Positions 1 to 9,612 of a stretch of DNA of 64,000 bases are shown here, one piece after another. The stretch spans positions 320,001-384,000 of the forward strand of contig CBDCFW010000006.1 in NCBI GenBank assembly GCA_965216465.1. Reading direction: 5' to 3'. Each line of letters begins with the position of its first letter. Position 1 is the stretch's first letter. Position numbers and translations under genes: made by a program. The stretch is from Bacteroidia bacterium. GTDB taxonomy: Bacteria > Bacteroidota > Bacteroidia > NS11-12g > UBA9320. The notes under the pieces were generated by a model. It saw only the letters and a list, made by a program, of their open reading frames with translations, had not been told where the DNA came from and searched no databases.

Positions 1-663
1 CATGATGTTGCCCTGCAAAACATCCCTGTAATTTTCTGTCTCGATCGAGCTGGATTAGTCGGTGAAGATGGACCAACCCACCACGGAGCATTCGATTTAG
101 CTTTTCTAAAGCTGATCCCGAATCTCACCATCATTGCTCCCATGGATGAAGTTGAATTGCGAAATGCTATGCATTGGGCGGTAGGCTACACCAAAGGGCC
201 GGTGGTAATCCGATATCCCAGAGGAAGAGGCAAATCAATAGACTACAAGCAAGAATTGGAACAGTATAAAGCTGGCCAAAGTAGGCTAATGCAAGACGGA
301 AACGATTTAGCCATAGTTTCAATTGGGGCTATTGGAATCGAGGTGGAAAAAGCTCTTCAGACTAAAGAAAATAGCCTATTGCATTTAGATGCTCGATTTG
401 CAAAGCCTATTGACCTTAATGCAATTGGTGATATTTTTCGACGTTTTACAAAAATTATAACGGTTGAAGATGGCAGTATTTCGGGTGGATTTGGTGAGCA
501 AATAAAAGCACTTGCATTAGACAGCCAATACCAAGGCACTATCACATCGTTAGGACTTCCAGACGAGTTTATTGCTCATGCATCTGTGCAAGAACTACGT
601 TCAAAATATGGTTTAGATGCCGAAGGCATTTCGAAGGTGATTGACACCTTAGTTAAACCCTAA
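1..663 (+). CDS. dxs: 1-deoxy-D-xylulose-5-phosphate synthase, C-terminal part (5' end outside window)
   Basis: Frame open from base 1: HDVALQNIPVIFCLDRAGLVGEDGPTHHGAFD, then IRYPRG, DARFAKPID and TVEDG..GGFG motifs. Confidence 0.95.
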   Translation, partial: HDVALQNIPVIFCLDRAGLVGEDGPTHHGAFDLAFLKLIPNLTIIAPMDEVELRNAMHWAVGYTKGPVVIRYPRGRGKSIDYKQELEQYKAGQSRLMQDGNDLAIVSIGAIGIEVEKALQTKENSLLHLDARFAKPIDLNAIGDIFRRFTKIITVEDGSISGGFGEQIKALALDSQYQGTITSLGLPDEFIAHASVQELRSKYGLDAEGISKVIDTLVKP

Positions 664-737
664 TCACCTGCTCTAACCTGCTTCAATTTGCTCAGTTGAT
701 AAAGAATCGGTAATCTTGTTAGACCAGAAACCAACTC

Positions 738-1238
738 ATGAAATCAATTTTTACCCTTATCCTGCTTTTATCTATATGCTTCATGTTTGCACAAACAGAC
801 ACTGTCTCAAATGATGTTCCTTCGGTCGTGGTGAAAAATATTGACGGTGAATCAATCGATGTTGCCTCGTATGCAACTAACGGACACATTACCATTCTTT
901 GCTTTTTTGCAACTTGGTGTAAACCTTGTTATAGTGAGTTTAAAAACTTCAGCGAATTACTTGTCGATTGGGAAGAACAATACGATGTAGAATTGGTTGG
1001 AATCAGCACAGATGATGCTCGAAATATGGCAAAAGTCAAGTCTACAGTAGCTGGTATGGGCTGGGATTTTGATATTCTTTTAGACCCGAATGGAGATATT
1101 CAACGAGCTATGAATGTAGTAAGTCCACCGATGACCATGGTTGTTGACCGAAATGGAAATGTAGTTTACCGTCACCTGGGATATTTAGAGGGCGACGAAT
1201 ATGAAGTAGAAGATAAATTGAAAGAGCTAACTGACTAG
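738..1238 (+). CDS. TlpA-family thioredoxin-like disulfide reductase
   Basis: Signal peptide and FFATWCKPC CxxC motif in a redoxin-like sequence. Confidence 0.85.
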   Translation: MKSIFTLILLLSICFMFAQTDTVSNDVPSVVVKNIDGESIDVASYATNGHITILCFFATWCKPCYSEFKNFSELLVDWEEQYDVELVGISTDDARNMAKVKSTVAGMGWDFDILLDPNGDIQRAMNVVSPPMTMVVDRNGNVVYRHLGYLEGDEYEVEDKLKELTD

Positions 1239-2107
1239 TTAACTGTAAGTTTTGCTACAACACGGAATCCAACTTTTGCATTAGGAACGCTTGCATCCTG
1301 TTCACTTTCTACGCGAATATCGTAGCCGGTATCACTCCAACTTCCACCCATAGCAACATCTTCATCAAGAATCATTTCTGCTACGTTGCCGCAGGTGTTG
1401 TACACTCCAAATTCGTTCGGAAAATAAGATGTAGTTGGCGTGGTAATGAACCCACCGTCTAGGGCTAGACTGCCACTCACAACCTCATACTTTTTGGTAT
1501 CTTCATTCCAATGTATGCTTTCGCCACCAGTAGTTTTGTGATTGTATAGGAAACATCCTTTCGAGTTTCTCAGAAATGGTCCACCATGAGAATAAGTACT
1601 CATTCTATCACCACGTGCCGCCCTGATCCATTGCTTTTTAGTAGGCAGACTAAAGGTTACGCTTACATTCTTATCCTTCAAAATAATTCTTTCAGAGAGC
1701 CAAGAACAATAAGCTATAGCTTGTTCTTTGCTCACTCCTACAACGGGATAATCTTTGTACGCGGGATGCTGAAAGTAATGATGCATATACGGTTCACCGT
1801 ACATCATTTTTTCTTTATTTACCCAAATAGACGTATCAGGATAATACTTATGATAATCATCCATCTTGCCATTCTGTTTCAAATCATACAGAAACTCTTT
1901 GTAAGCTATGTTCGTTACCTCTTGAGATGACACATAGAATCCTTCTAGGGAATCTTGCACCGCATTGGGCTCATCTACATTGGTAAACACCTTACCTGAA
2001 GGCACATAAACATACATTTTGGGGAGGTGCTTGCTAGTAATTGGCTTCTTTTTACCTATAAAACCAAAGCTAAAAGCAAGGAGCAACAGAACACTTAGTT
2101 TTTTCAT
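1235..2107 (-). CDS. SUMF1/formylglycine-generating-enzyme fold protein (GldK/GldJ-like)
   Basis: EVTN..Y..F, YPVVGVS, PNEFGVYNTCGNVAE, GGSW and GFRV motifs; FGE catalytic Cys pair not seen. Confidence 0.8.
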   Translation of the reverse strand: MKKLSVLLLLAFSFGFIGKKKPITSKHLPKMYVYVPSGKVFTNVDEPNAVQDSLEGFYVSSQEVTNIAYKEFLYDLKQNGKMDDYHKYYPDTSIWVNKEKMMYGEPYMHHYFQHPAYKDYPVVGVSKEQAIAYCSWLSERIILKDKNVSVTFSLPTKKQWIRAARGDRMSTYSHGGPFLRNSKGCFLYNHKTTGGESIHWNEDTKKYEVVSGSLALDGGFITTPTTSYFPNEFGVYNTCGNVAEMILDEDVAMGGSWSDTGYDIRVESEQDASVPNAKVGFRVVAKLTVN

Positions 2108-2136
2108 AAATATTAAACGTGAGTCGGTACGACTTA

Positions 2137-2928
2137 TTATAGATCCTTCGCTTGAGCAACCAATTCAGCAAGGTCGAGCACTTCAACTTCGCTTTCTTTA
2201 TTGGCATTCTTGATTCCATCACCAATCATGGTTGTGCAGAAAGGGCAGTTAGCCGAAACGATACTCGCACCTGTAGCGATGGCTTCATCGGTTCTTTCAA
2301 TATTCACATCTTTATCTCCAGCTTCCGATTCTTTGAACATTTGAGCTCCACCAGCACCACAGCATAAGCCATTGGTTCTGCATCTTTTCATTTCAACGAG
2401 CTCAGCGTCTAATGCTTCCAAAATTCGGCGAGGTGCGTCGTATACCCCATTCGCTCGTCCAAGATAGCAGCTGTCGTGATAGGTGATTTTTTTGCCTTTA
2501 AATCCACCCTCCCCAAAGGTTAGCTTACCATCGTCGATTAACTCTTGTAACAATTGGGTGTGATGTATTACTTCATATTCACCACCCAAGCTAGGATACT
2601 CATTTTTGATGGTATTGAAGCAGTGCGGACATGTAGTTACTATTTTGGTGATTTCGTAGGCATTCAATGTGGCAATATTGGCCATGGCCTGCATTTGAAA
2701 CAAGAATTCGTTTCCTGCTCTTTTTGCCGGATCACCTGTACAGGTTTCTTCGGTTCCAAGAATGGCATATTTAACTCCTACATTGTGTAAAATCTTAACA
2801 AAGGCTTTGGTAATTTTCTGTGCACGCTCATCAAAGCTTCCTGCACATCCGACCCAAAATAAAATATCGGGTTTTTCTCCTTTCGCGGTTAATTCTGCTA
2901 CTGTAGGTACTTGAATTGGATCACTCAT
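2137..2928 (-). CDS. CCG-domain (Fe-S)-binding protein
   Basis: FWVGC, ETCTGD, TTCPHC, YHDSCYLGR, CCGAGG and ANCPFC motifs. Confidence 0.9.
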   Translation of the reverse strand: MSDPIQVPTVAELTAKGEKPDILFWVGCAGSFDERAQKITKAFVKILHNVGVKYAILGTEETCTGDPAKRAGNEFLFQMQAMANIATLNAYEITKIVTTCPHCFNTIKNEYPSLGGEYEVIHHTQLLQELIDDGKLTFGEGGFKGKKITYHDSCYLGRANGVYDAPRRILEALDAELVEMKRCRTNGLCCGAGGAQMFKESEAGDKDVNIERTDEAIATGASIVSANCPFCTTMIGDGIKNANKESEVEVLDLAELVAQAKDL

Positions 2929-2962
2929 TGGGCTGGCAAGTTAATACAAAATCGCTGTATTT

Positions 2963-5689
2963 CTATCGCCTTTTGTCTACAGGACCACCAACATCTTTTT
3001 TAGGCGTTGGTTTCTTGATTTTATAGGTCACCGTTCCCATTACATAGCGCGTAATGGTGTTAGTTCGATTCTCTACAAATCGGTTTGCACTCCACCATCG
3101 CCAAACATTCTGATTCTTATCTAAAATGTCATAGGCTCTAACTCCTAAGCTCCATTTCTGCTCTTTATCAATAAACACAGAGAACGACGAACTCCAGATT
3201 GGAATACTTAACTGCCCAACGGTTGAGTTGCTACCAAATAACTCCCAATATAATTCACTTGACCACTCAACACGATCGATTGGCGTCCAAATAAACTCAG
3301 CATCCACTTCGTGATAACCGAATGGATTATTCTCTACTCCACCAATGCTCCCTTGTTTCCAAGTGTATAGGTAACGCAGGTCTAAACTCACCTTATCAAA
3401 CTCATTCAATTGAATACGCGGCCCTATAGAATAACCGCTATTTAAGCTTAGCACATCTTCCTTGTTTTGGATGAAGTAAGAACGATTGAAATCATATTCA
3501 ATCTCAAGTCCTAATGTTGCTTTCAGCTTAGCTACAGGCCAGTTGAATGAAAAGTCGTGGTTTGAATATACGTGGTCTTTATAATTCAAGTACTCAGCTA
3601 CAGAATAATTGTCTTCTGTAATTGTATTGCTGTTCACAATTGGTTTGAGTGAAAAAGATGTCCAGCCACCAATTGAAACAGATTTGCCCAAACCGAAAAA
3701 TCTTCGGTAGTGCCAACCGTTGTTGTAGTTAATATAATTCTGTAAGTCTATTGCTCCAACCTTGGTTACGTATGGGTTGCTATTATCGCGAACAGGAATA
3801 ATCTGAGCTACTTGAGGCTTTCTTACACTCGCTCTAAAATTGAATCTGAAATCGTATTTATGAGCCTTCTGAGAGCGAATCCACATAAACGGAATAAAGA
3901 ACTTCTGATTGAAACTGTACGATGCAGTTGTATCGGTCGTAAACGTTCTTTCTTCAATAGTTTGATTGATTTCTGGAACAAAGTAAATGTTCGTAAAAGA
4001 ATCCAACTGATAGCGAATATGCATGAAGTACTCCATATTTTGAGCGGTTACTTGCCCTACAGGACTTTGTTCTGGAATTTCTTCCGCACCAGCTGGAATC
4101 CATCTAAAATCGTGCTCATAGGTGCTGCGCATCCAATTGAAACCGGGTCTGATGGTCCATTTTTTTGATAGCACTATTTGGTATGCCGAAGTGGTTGCCA
4201 CAGTTTGTTGAGCAGTAGTTAATTTTTGATCTAACAACGAAGCTTCTTCGTTTGGTATCGGCAATAAAAATGAGTCAACCGTATTGAAATAAGAACTGTA
4301 GGCATTGCTTAGTTCTGATTGATCGTAATACACTGAACCTAAAAAGTGATTCTCCTTTTTCAGTTTCATTTTGCGGGTCCAATGCAGTTTCGTCACAACT
4401 TTATAGTCGCCGCTTTCAACATTGTCACGGTCTACACCACTGTTCAAAATCGACTCGGTATCTATAAAATTAAATGTTCGCGACATGTTTGTAGCTGCGT
4501 CAGCACTGGTATTAAATTGCCCTCTGAACACAAATCGATTGAGTGTATCGGGTTCAAACTCTACCTTAGAATTTATTTGATGCTGATTACGTGTTCCGTT
4601 TGCTTGTTCACGCGAGTCTGAAAAAAGAGTATTGTCGGTCAGGTAAACTTCTGAATTTGACTCAGCAATCTTTGTAGATTCTTCGTTGGTCAGAACATAT
4701 GCCACATCGGTCTTCATTCCCTCGATTGGCTCAAAATGTAAATTTGCTCCAACTCCGTTATACGATTTAATCCCTCCGCTCCACCACATGGTACGGTTAT
4801 TACTGTTAAATGGGTTTATCTCGAACGATTGAAGGGTTTGCATGGCACGCCATCCGTAAAGTCGGCGGTTTAAATTATTTGCACCACCTATAATAGAAAG
4901 TTGAGTTTCATCTTTAAAGAAATTAATATTTCCGTGGCCGTCGTAATAATTCTGATCGCCTAGTCCTCCTCTTAGTGTTCCAAAATATCCTTGTGTATGC
5001 TCCTCTTTAAGCACTAGGTTGATTACTTTTTCGCGTTGACTATCATCTTGGCCGGTAAATTCATCTTCATCTGTTTTCTTATCAATTACTTCAACCTTGT
5101 CAACCAATGAAGCATCCAAATTTTTTGTAGCCGCTTCAACATTCCCGCCAAAAAATTCTTTTCCATTAATCATTACTTTGGTAACGGTTTGTCCTTCAAC
5201 ATTTACGCTTCCATCTTTATTTACTTGAATACCTGGCATTTTTCGAATGAGGTCTTCAACTGTGGCATTCGATTGCGTTTTAAAGCTTGATGCATTGTAC
5301 ATTACCGTATCGCCATTTAGCAGGATAGGAATCTTTTTGGCCACAACCATTACTTCTTCGATGCTCATTGTAGATGCTGCTAATGAAATATCTACGTTTT
5401 TCTGGTCACGGTTAATGTCTATTTCATGATATTTTACCTCATAACCCACGCTAGCAATCACCAAATAATAGGTTCCTTGCTCCACTCCGCGGATGGCATA
5501 TTTTCCATTTTCATCAGAAACAGCGAATTGAACTACAGAAGAATCTGCAATTTCCGACAAAGCAATGCTAGCAAAAGGCACAGCTTTCCCCTCAGTATCA
5601 GTAATTTGACCTGCTATGTTAAATCGGGCTGCCGACGCCGAAATGCTAAATAGTAGGAAAGCACAAATCGTAAATAGAGCTTTTGGCAT
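2963..5689 (-). CDS. TonB-dependent-receptor-like outer membrane beta-barrel with carboxypeptidase-regulatory-like N-domain
   Basis: Signal peptide; GQITD..GKAVPFASI; GDTVMYNA; VEDLIRKMPG; NGKEFFG; C-terminal YDILD..RYVMGTVTY strand. Confidence 0.85.
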   Translation of the reverse strand: MPKALFTICAFLLFSISASAARFNIAGQITDTEGKAVPFASIALSEIADSSVVQFAVSDENGKYAIRGVEQGTYYLVIASVGYEVKYHEIDINRDQKNVDISLAASTMSIEEVMVVAKKIPILLNGDTVMYNASSFKTQSNATVEDLIRKMPGIQVNKDGSVNVEGQTVTKVMINGKEFFGGNVEAATKNLDASLVDKVEVIDKKTDEDEFTGQDDSQREKVINLVLKEEHTQGYFGTLRGGLGDQNYYDGHGNINFFKDETQLSIIGGANNLNRRLYGWRAMQTLQSFEINPFNSNNRTMWWSGGIKSYNGVGANLHFEPIEGMKTDVAYVLTNEESTKIAESNSEVYLTDNTLFSDSREQANGTRNQHQINSKVEFEPDTLNRFVFRGQFNTSADAATNMSRTFNFIDTESILNSGVDRDNVESGDYKVVTKLHWTRKMKLKKENHFLGSVYYDQSELSNAYSSYFNTVDSFLLPIPNEEASLLDQKLTTAQQTVATTSAYQIVLSKKWTIRPGFNWMRSTYEHDFRWIPAGAEEIPEQSPVGQVTAQNMEYFMHIRYQLDSFTNIYFVPEINQTIEERTFTTDTTASYSFNQKFFIPFMWIRSQKAHKYDFRFNFRASVRKPQVAQIIPVRDNSNPYVTKVGAIDLQNYINYNNGWHYRRFFGLGKSVSIGGWTSFSLKPIVNSNTITEDNYSVAEYLNYKDHVYSNHDFSFNWPVAKLKATLGLEIEYDFNRSYFIQNKEDVLSLNSGYSIGPRIQLNEFDKVSLDLRYLYTWKQGSIGGVENNPFGYHEVDAEFIWTPIDRVEWSSELYWELFGSNSTVGQLSIPIWSSSFSVFIDKEQKWSLGVRAYDILDKNQNVWRWWSANRFVENRTNTITRYVMGTVTYKIKKPTPKKDVGGPVDKRR

Positions 5690-5723
5690 GATTAAGAAAC
5701 GAATATGGAGGCTAAAAAGTTGC

Positions 5724-7031
5724 TTAGTTTATATCTTTCGACCAATTAGCACGATCGCTAGGTGAAAATTGCCATGGTGCTTGATTGTTCTCGATGTTGC
5801 TATTCATCATATTCCATTCGCTTGGCATATCTGCTTTCTCCATGGCGAGGTATTGACGCATTCCGAAAATAATCTCAACCGGGTTAATGTTCACTGGACA
5901 AGCTTCAACACAGGCATTGCACGTAGTGCAAGCCCAAAGTTCTTCTTTTGAAATATAATCGTGAAGAGATTTACCGTCGTGGTGATCTGCTCCTTCAGCT
6001 GCTTTGGCCTTGCCAAGTTCTTCCATACGATCTCGGGTATCCATCATCACCTTACGTGGACTTAGTTTTTTACCGGTAAGATTTGCTGGGCAGTTGCTTG
6101 TACAACGACCACACTCTGTACACGTATATGCATCTAGCAGACTCTTCCAACTTAAATCAGTCACATCGTTCACTCCAAATTTCTCAGGAGGTGCCATATT
6201 TGGATCTGCTTTCGACGGATCGAGCATCATATTCACCTCGTTGGTAATTTCAGGCATATTATCAAGTTGTCCAACTGGCTTTAAGCGAGAATACCAAGTA
6301 TTTGGGAAGGCTAAAATGATATGCAGATGCTTGCTGTAAGGCACATAGTTAAGGAAGAAAAGAATTCCAATGATATGGAACCACCAGAAAACACGTTCGA
6401 AAATAATGAGGGTACTGGTAGAAAATCCTTCGAACCAAGGCACTAGAAATTGTGAGATTGGAAAAGATCCAGCAGCGATATAGTGTTCATCTCCTCGAGC
6501 TTGAAGCACTTGATCAGCAGCATTCATTTTGAGCAGTGCTGCCATCAAAACAATTTCCATTACGAGGATATAAGTGGCATCTTGTGTGGCCCATCCTTTC
6601 ATTTCAGGCTTATGGAAACGAGGAATTTTAGCAATAAATCTTCTCGTTAAGAAAATAGCACAAGCTATTAAAACGAGGATGGCTAATACTTCAAAGAAAC
6701 CAATTGCTGCGTTATATACAGGGCCTAAAACCGAGAGAACACGGTGGGTTCCGAAGAGGCCATCGATTACAATTTCGAGAACTTCAATATTGATGAGGAT
6801 GAATCCGACGTATACAATAATGTGCAGGAAACCAGCAACAGGACGAACAACCATCTTACTTTGACCAAGCGCTACTTTCGCCATGGTTTTCCAACGAAGG
6901 GCTTTGTTATCGTTAATTACTTCATCTTTCCCGAGGTTAATATTCTTGCGAATTCGGGTAATAGATTTGGTGAAGAAGTAAATGGCGGTGCCCAGTACCA
7001 GGAGGAAGATTATTTGTTCTAAATACTGCAT
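5724..7031 (-). CDS. Membrane-bound 4Fe-4S dicluster oxidoreductase (FadF N-terminal-like)
   Basis: Several TM helices, PYSKHLHI, CTECGRCTSNCP and CTTCNACVEACP; ATG 7031 preferred to TTG 7046. Confidence 0.9.
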   Translation of the reverse strand: MQYLEQIIFLLVLGTAIYFFTKSITRIRKNINLGKDEVINDNKALRWKTMAKVALGQSKMVVRPVAGFLHIIVYVGFILINIEVLEIVIDGLFGTHRVLSVLGPVYNAAIGFFEVLAILVLIACAIFLTRRFIAKIPRFHKPEMKGWATQDATYILVMEIVLMAALLKMNAADQVLQARGDEHYIAAGSFPISQFLVPWFEGFSTSTLIIFERVFWWFHIIGILFFLNYVPYSKHLHIILAFPNTWYSRLKPVGQLDNMPEITNEVNMMLDPSKADPNMAPPEKFGVNDVTDLSWKSLLDAYTCTECGRCTSNCPANLTGKKLSPRKVMMDTRDRMEELGKAKAAEGADHHDGKSLHDYISKEELWACTTCNACVEACPVNINPVEIIFGMRQYLAMEKADMPSEWNMMNSNIENNQAPWQFSPSDRANWSKDIN

Positions 7032-7122
7032 GGAAATGAGGTCCAAAAATAGAATAATTTGGTTGATGGAAATATTTTAAATATCTACATCACATTTTGT
7101 TTTATAATTTCAACATTCCGTT

Positions 7123-7130
7123 TATTTTTG
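7123..7130 (+). promoter_or_regulatory. Bacteroidota -7 promoter box for tRNA-Phe
   Basis: TATTTTTG matches TAnnTTTG, 25 nt upstream of the tRNA. Confidence 0.6.
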
Positions 7131-7155
7131 CACCCGCATTCGCAGGAATGATGTT

Positions 7156-7228
7156 GGTGCGGTAGCTCAGTTGGTAGAGCAAAGGACTGAAAATCCTTGT
7201 GTCGGCGGTTCGATCCCGCCCCACACCA
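7156..7228 (+). tRNA. tRNA-Phe (GAA)
   Basis: Cloverleaf: GGTGCGG/CCACACC acceptor, GCTC/GAGC D-stem, AAGGA-CTGAAAA-TCCTT anticodon arm, GGCGG-TTCGATC-CCGCC T arm. Confidence 0.97.
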
Positions 7229-7231
7229 CGC

Positions 7232-7262
7232 AAAAGACCCCTGGTAACTCAGGGGTTTTTTT
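7232..7262 (+). terminator. Intrinsic terminator after tRNA-Phe
   Basis: AAAAG-ACCCCTG-gtaact-CAGGGGT-TTTTTT. Confidence 0.85.
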
Positions 7263-7464
7263 ATGTCTTATTTTGTCTATATCCTACAATCTGAAAGCAA
7301 TTATTCTTTTTACAAGGGAATATCTGATAATCTTTCTAGACGCTTATCCCAACACAACAACAAAGAATCGAAATATACTCGAAATTTTACACCATGGAGA
7401 TTGGTTATCTGATGTATCAAGTAACCACAATTGATTACCTTTGGGTTTCAATGTTTTGCTCTAA

Positions 7465-8787
7465 ATGAGTTGGTTCAATAAAAGAAGTAAGAAATTCAAA
7501 ATCACAATAGATGATAAGAATTGGGTAGATGAAACTTTATTATGGTTAGTCAAATGTAACAGCATTCCATCATCTACCGAGTTGGTAGACTTTTCGGAAA
7601 AGTACTTTCCAAACACATTTGGATCATCTAAGATTTCTGTTGCCGATATAGTGAAGGATTCACTTAGATATTTAGGGCTACATGATATAGACTACTCTAT
7701 TCAATATCATGAAGATTTAAGAGATACTTCTGGGATTGCTTATGAGTCTGGAAAGGAAATTTTTGAATCTGACTTGGCCAAAATTGGTAATCATTATCAA
7801 ATACATATTGCTACAAGCTTGGAAAGAAATCCTCCTAGACTTGCTTATAGAGTTATACTAGAAACTGTCAAGATTAAGATGCTCACGATTGATGAGTCGT
7901 TTTATGATTCTGAGAATTTTAATTTGACTGCTCACATAGCTGCTATATACTTTGGATTAGGGCTAATTGTAGTTAATTATTCTCGTGATATTGGAAATTT
8001 AAATGATGGTGTGTGGGAAAGCAGCTGGTCATTATTTTCAGAAGTGCCAGATGAAGTTCTTGTATATGCATTGGTCTCTTACTGTAATCTTTGCAAGTTA
8101 GACCCAAATCTACTGAGTGATAACTTAAATAGTCATTTTAGACAAATTTTTGAAAATGCAAGACTTTATCTAGAACAAAATCCAAGTCAGGTGTTGAATG
8201 AAACTAATTTATTGGTAGCAAAACTTTTTTTTGAATCCAATGAATTGTATTTAAAAAACCAGTTTGACAAGGCAATTGAAGTACTTCGTAAGATATTATT
8301 TATTCACTCAGGGCATGGCAGTCTAAATAATTGGGAGCTTGCTGAAGTTTATAATAACATTGGGTATTATCAACTTCGAAATGGCGAGTATTTTAAGAGC
8401 ATTGACAATTTCCAGAAAGCAATAAACCATGATGAAGACTTTGGGTATGCTCGAAGTAACCTAGGATATAGTCTTTTAGAACTCAACAAACTTGAAGAGG
8501 GCAAAGAGAATATACTTGAAGCTAAACAATGTCCTATTCATGATTTAGGGTACATCCACAGAGGACTAGCACTGTACTATCAGAAAAAGAATGAGTTTCA
8601 AGAAGCTGAGAAACAATACAAGAAAGCGTTTGAATTGAAAACTAACGAAGTAGACTTATTGGAGTTAAACTACTGTAAACTTCTATTCGTGCTAGGGGAT
8701 AAAGACAACGGGCTTAAATATCTTAAAATTGCTGTCGAAAAAAACGAACCAGAAGCAATAGCATACAGAGCTTCTCTATCATTTTAG
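7465..8787 (+). CDS. Tetratricopeptide repeat protein with unknown N-terminal domain
   Basis: C-terminal TPR-like repeats (VYNNIGYYQ, ARSNLGYSL, IHRGLALYY). Confidence 0.75.
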   Translation: MSWFNKRSKKFKITIDDKNWVDETLLWLVKCNSIPSSTELVDFSEKYFPNTFGSSKISVADIVKDSLRYLGLHDIDYSIQYHEDLRDTSGIAYESGKEIFESDLAKIGNHYQIHIATSLERNPPRLAYRVILETVKIKMLTIDESFYDSENFNLTAHIAAIYFGLGLIVVNYSRDIGNLNDGVWESSWSLFSEVPDEVLVYALVSYCNLCKLDPNLLSDNLNSHFRQIFENARLYLEQNPSQVLNETNLLVAKLFFESNELYLKNQFDKAIEVLRKILFIHSGHGSLNNWELAEVYNNIGYYQLRNGEYFKSIDNFQKAINHDEDFGYARSNLGYSLLELNKLEEGKENILEAKQCPIHDLGYIHRGLALYYQKKNEFQEAEKQYKKAFELKTNEVDLLELNYCKLLFVLGDKDNGLKYLKIAVEKNEPEAIAYRASLSF

Positions 8788-8829
8788 CAGATATCCAGAC
8801 CAATCGAAGAATCTCTATCTTTGAGTCCC

Positions 8830-9231
8830 ATGTTGAAGAGTAAAACAGGAACTAAGACTGCCATTATTGTGTTTGGATCATTGACCTTGATTCAATGGAT
8901 TTTGGTGAATTACGACTTGCATGTGCTGTCAGCCAAAGAGCCAAGGGAACTCGGTTTATATACCTCTTTGATAGTGGTAGTCGTTTTAAACGGGCTGATG
9001 GCTGTCGCTAGACAATCAGCATCAATTGGTCTAGCTCTACTAACAGTAACGTGTGCTTTCATAATGGTATTCTGGGGTTCTTGGTTACTGCATGAGTCAT
9101 TGGCATCAAATGAAACGAGTCAGTATGGAGGTGGAGCGGCAGCAGCAGTTGTTGTGTTCTTTCCGACTGCTTTAGTCGCAGTGATTCTGCAAGGCTATAT
9201 CTATGACAGATTTTACAACTTCAAAGAGTAG
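8830..9231 (+). CDS. Hypothetical membrane protein (about 4 TM)
   Basis: Four hydrophobic segments; TATCTTTG box ends 6 nt before ATG 8830. Confidence 0.6.
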   Translation: MLKSKTGTKTAIIVFGSLTLIQWILVNYDLHVLSAKEPRELGLYTSLIVVVVLNGLMAVARQSASIGLALLTVTCAFIMVFWGSWLLHESLASNETSQYGGGAAAAVVVFFPTALVAVILQGYIYDRFYNFKE

Positions 9232-9612
9232 CCGGACTCCTATAATGTATATATAGCTGGAGGGAAATCCTTGACCAAAACCCCCTCAAAAACCCTAGGA
9301 TATGGGTAGGGGTCTCTTCTCGTTCCTCTCATTTCAATTTTACCCAAACTCAAATATTATTCCTTTGCCAGTCTGACTGATAGTATGAGGTGGTGTCTTC
9401 TGCAATCCATGTCACCAGCACAAGCAACCAGAATTCCTCAAATTTCATCAACAACTTCATACTTCAAATTGTGTTGATCAGCATATGCTGTCAATATTTG
9501 AGAAAGCTCCTTTAGGTTTAACATTTATAAGCTGAATGTCACAAAGTTAGGTGTTATCCTTTATGACCAAAATCCGACTTCATTATTGAAACATCGGGCT
9601 ACATTTGATTCA

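Noticed and set aside
1235-2107. Possible gldK/gldJ or active formylglycine-generating enzyme
   Set aside because: No lipobox, no gldLMN neighbours and no catalytic Cys pair; only the fold can be called
7171-7434. 87-aa ORF MVEQRTENPCVGGSIPP
   Set aside because: It is a translation of tRNA-Phe and its terminator, so a shadow ORF
9232-9540. Short minus-strand frames (MLNLKELSQ..., MKFEEFWLL..., MRGTRRDPY...) suggesting a decayed gene
   Set aside because: Each is only about 30 codons with no recognisable family, so a call cannot be supported
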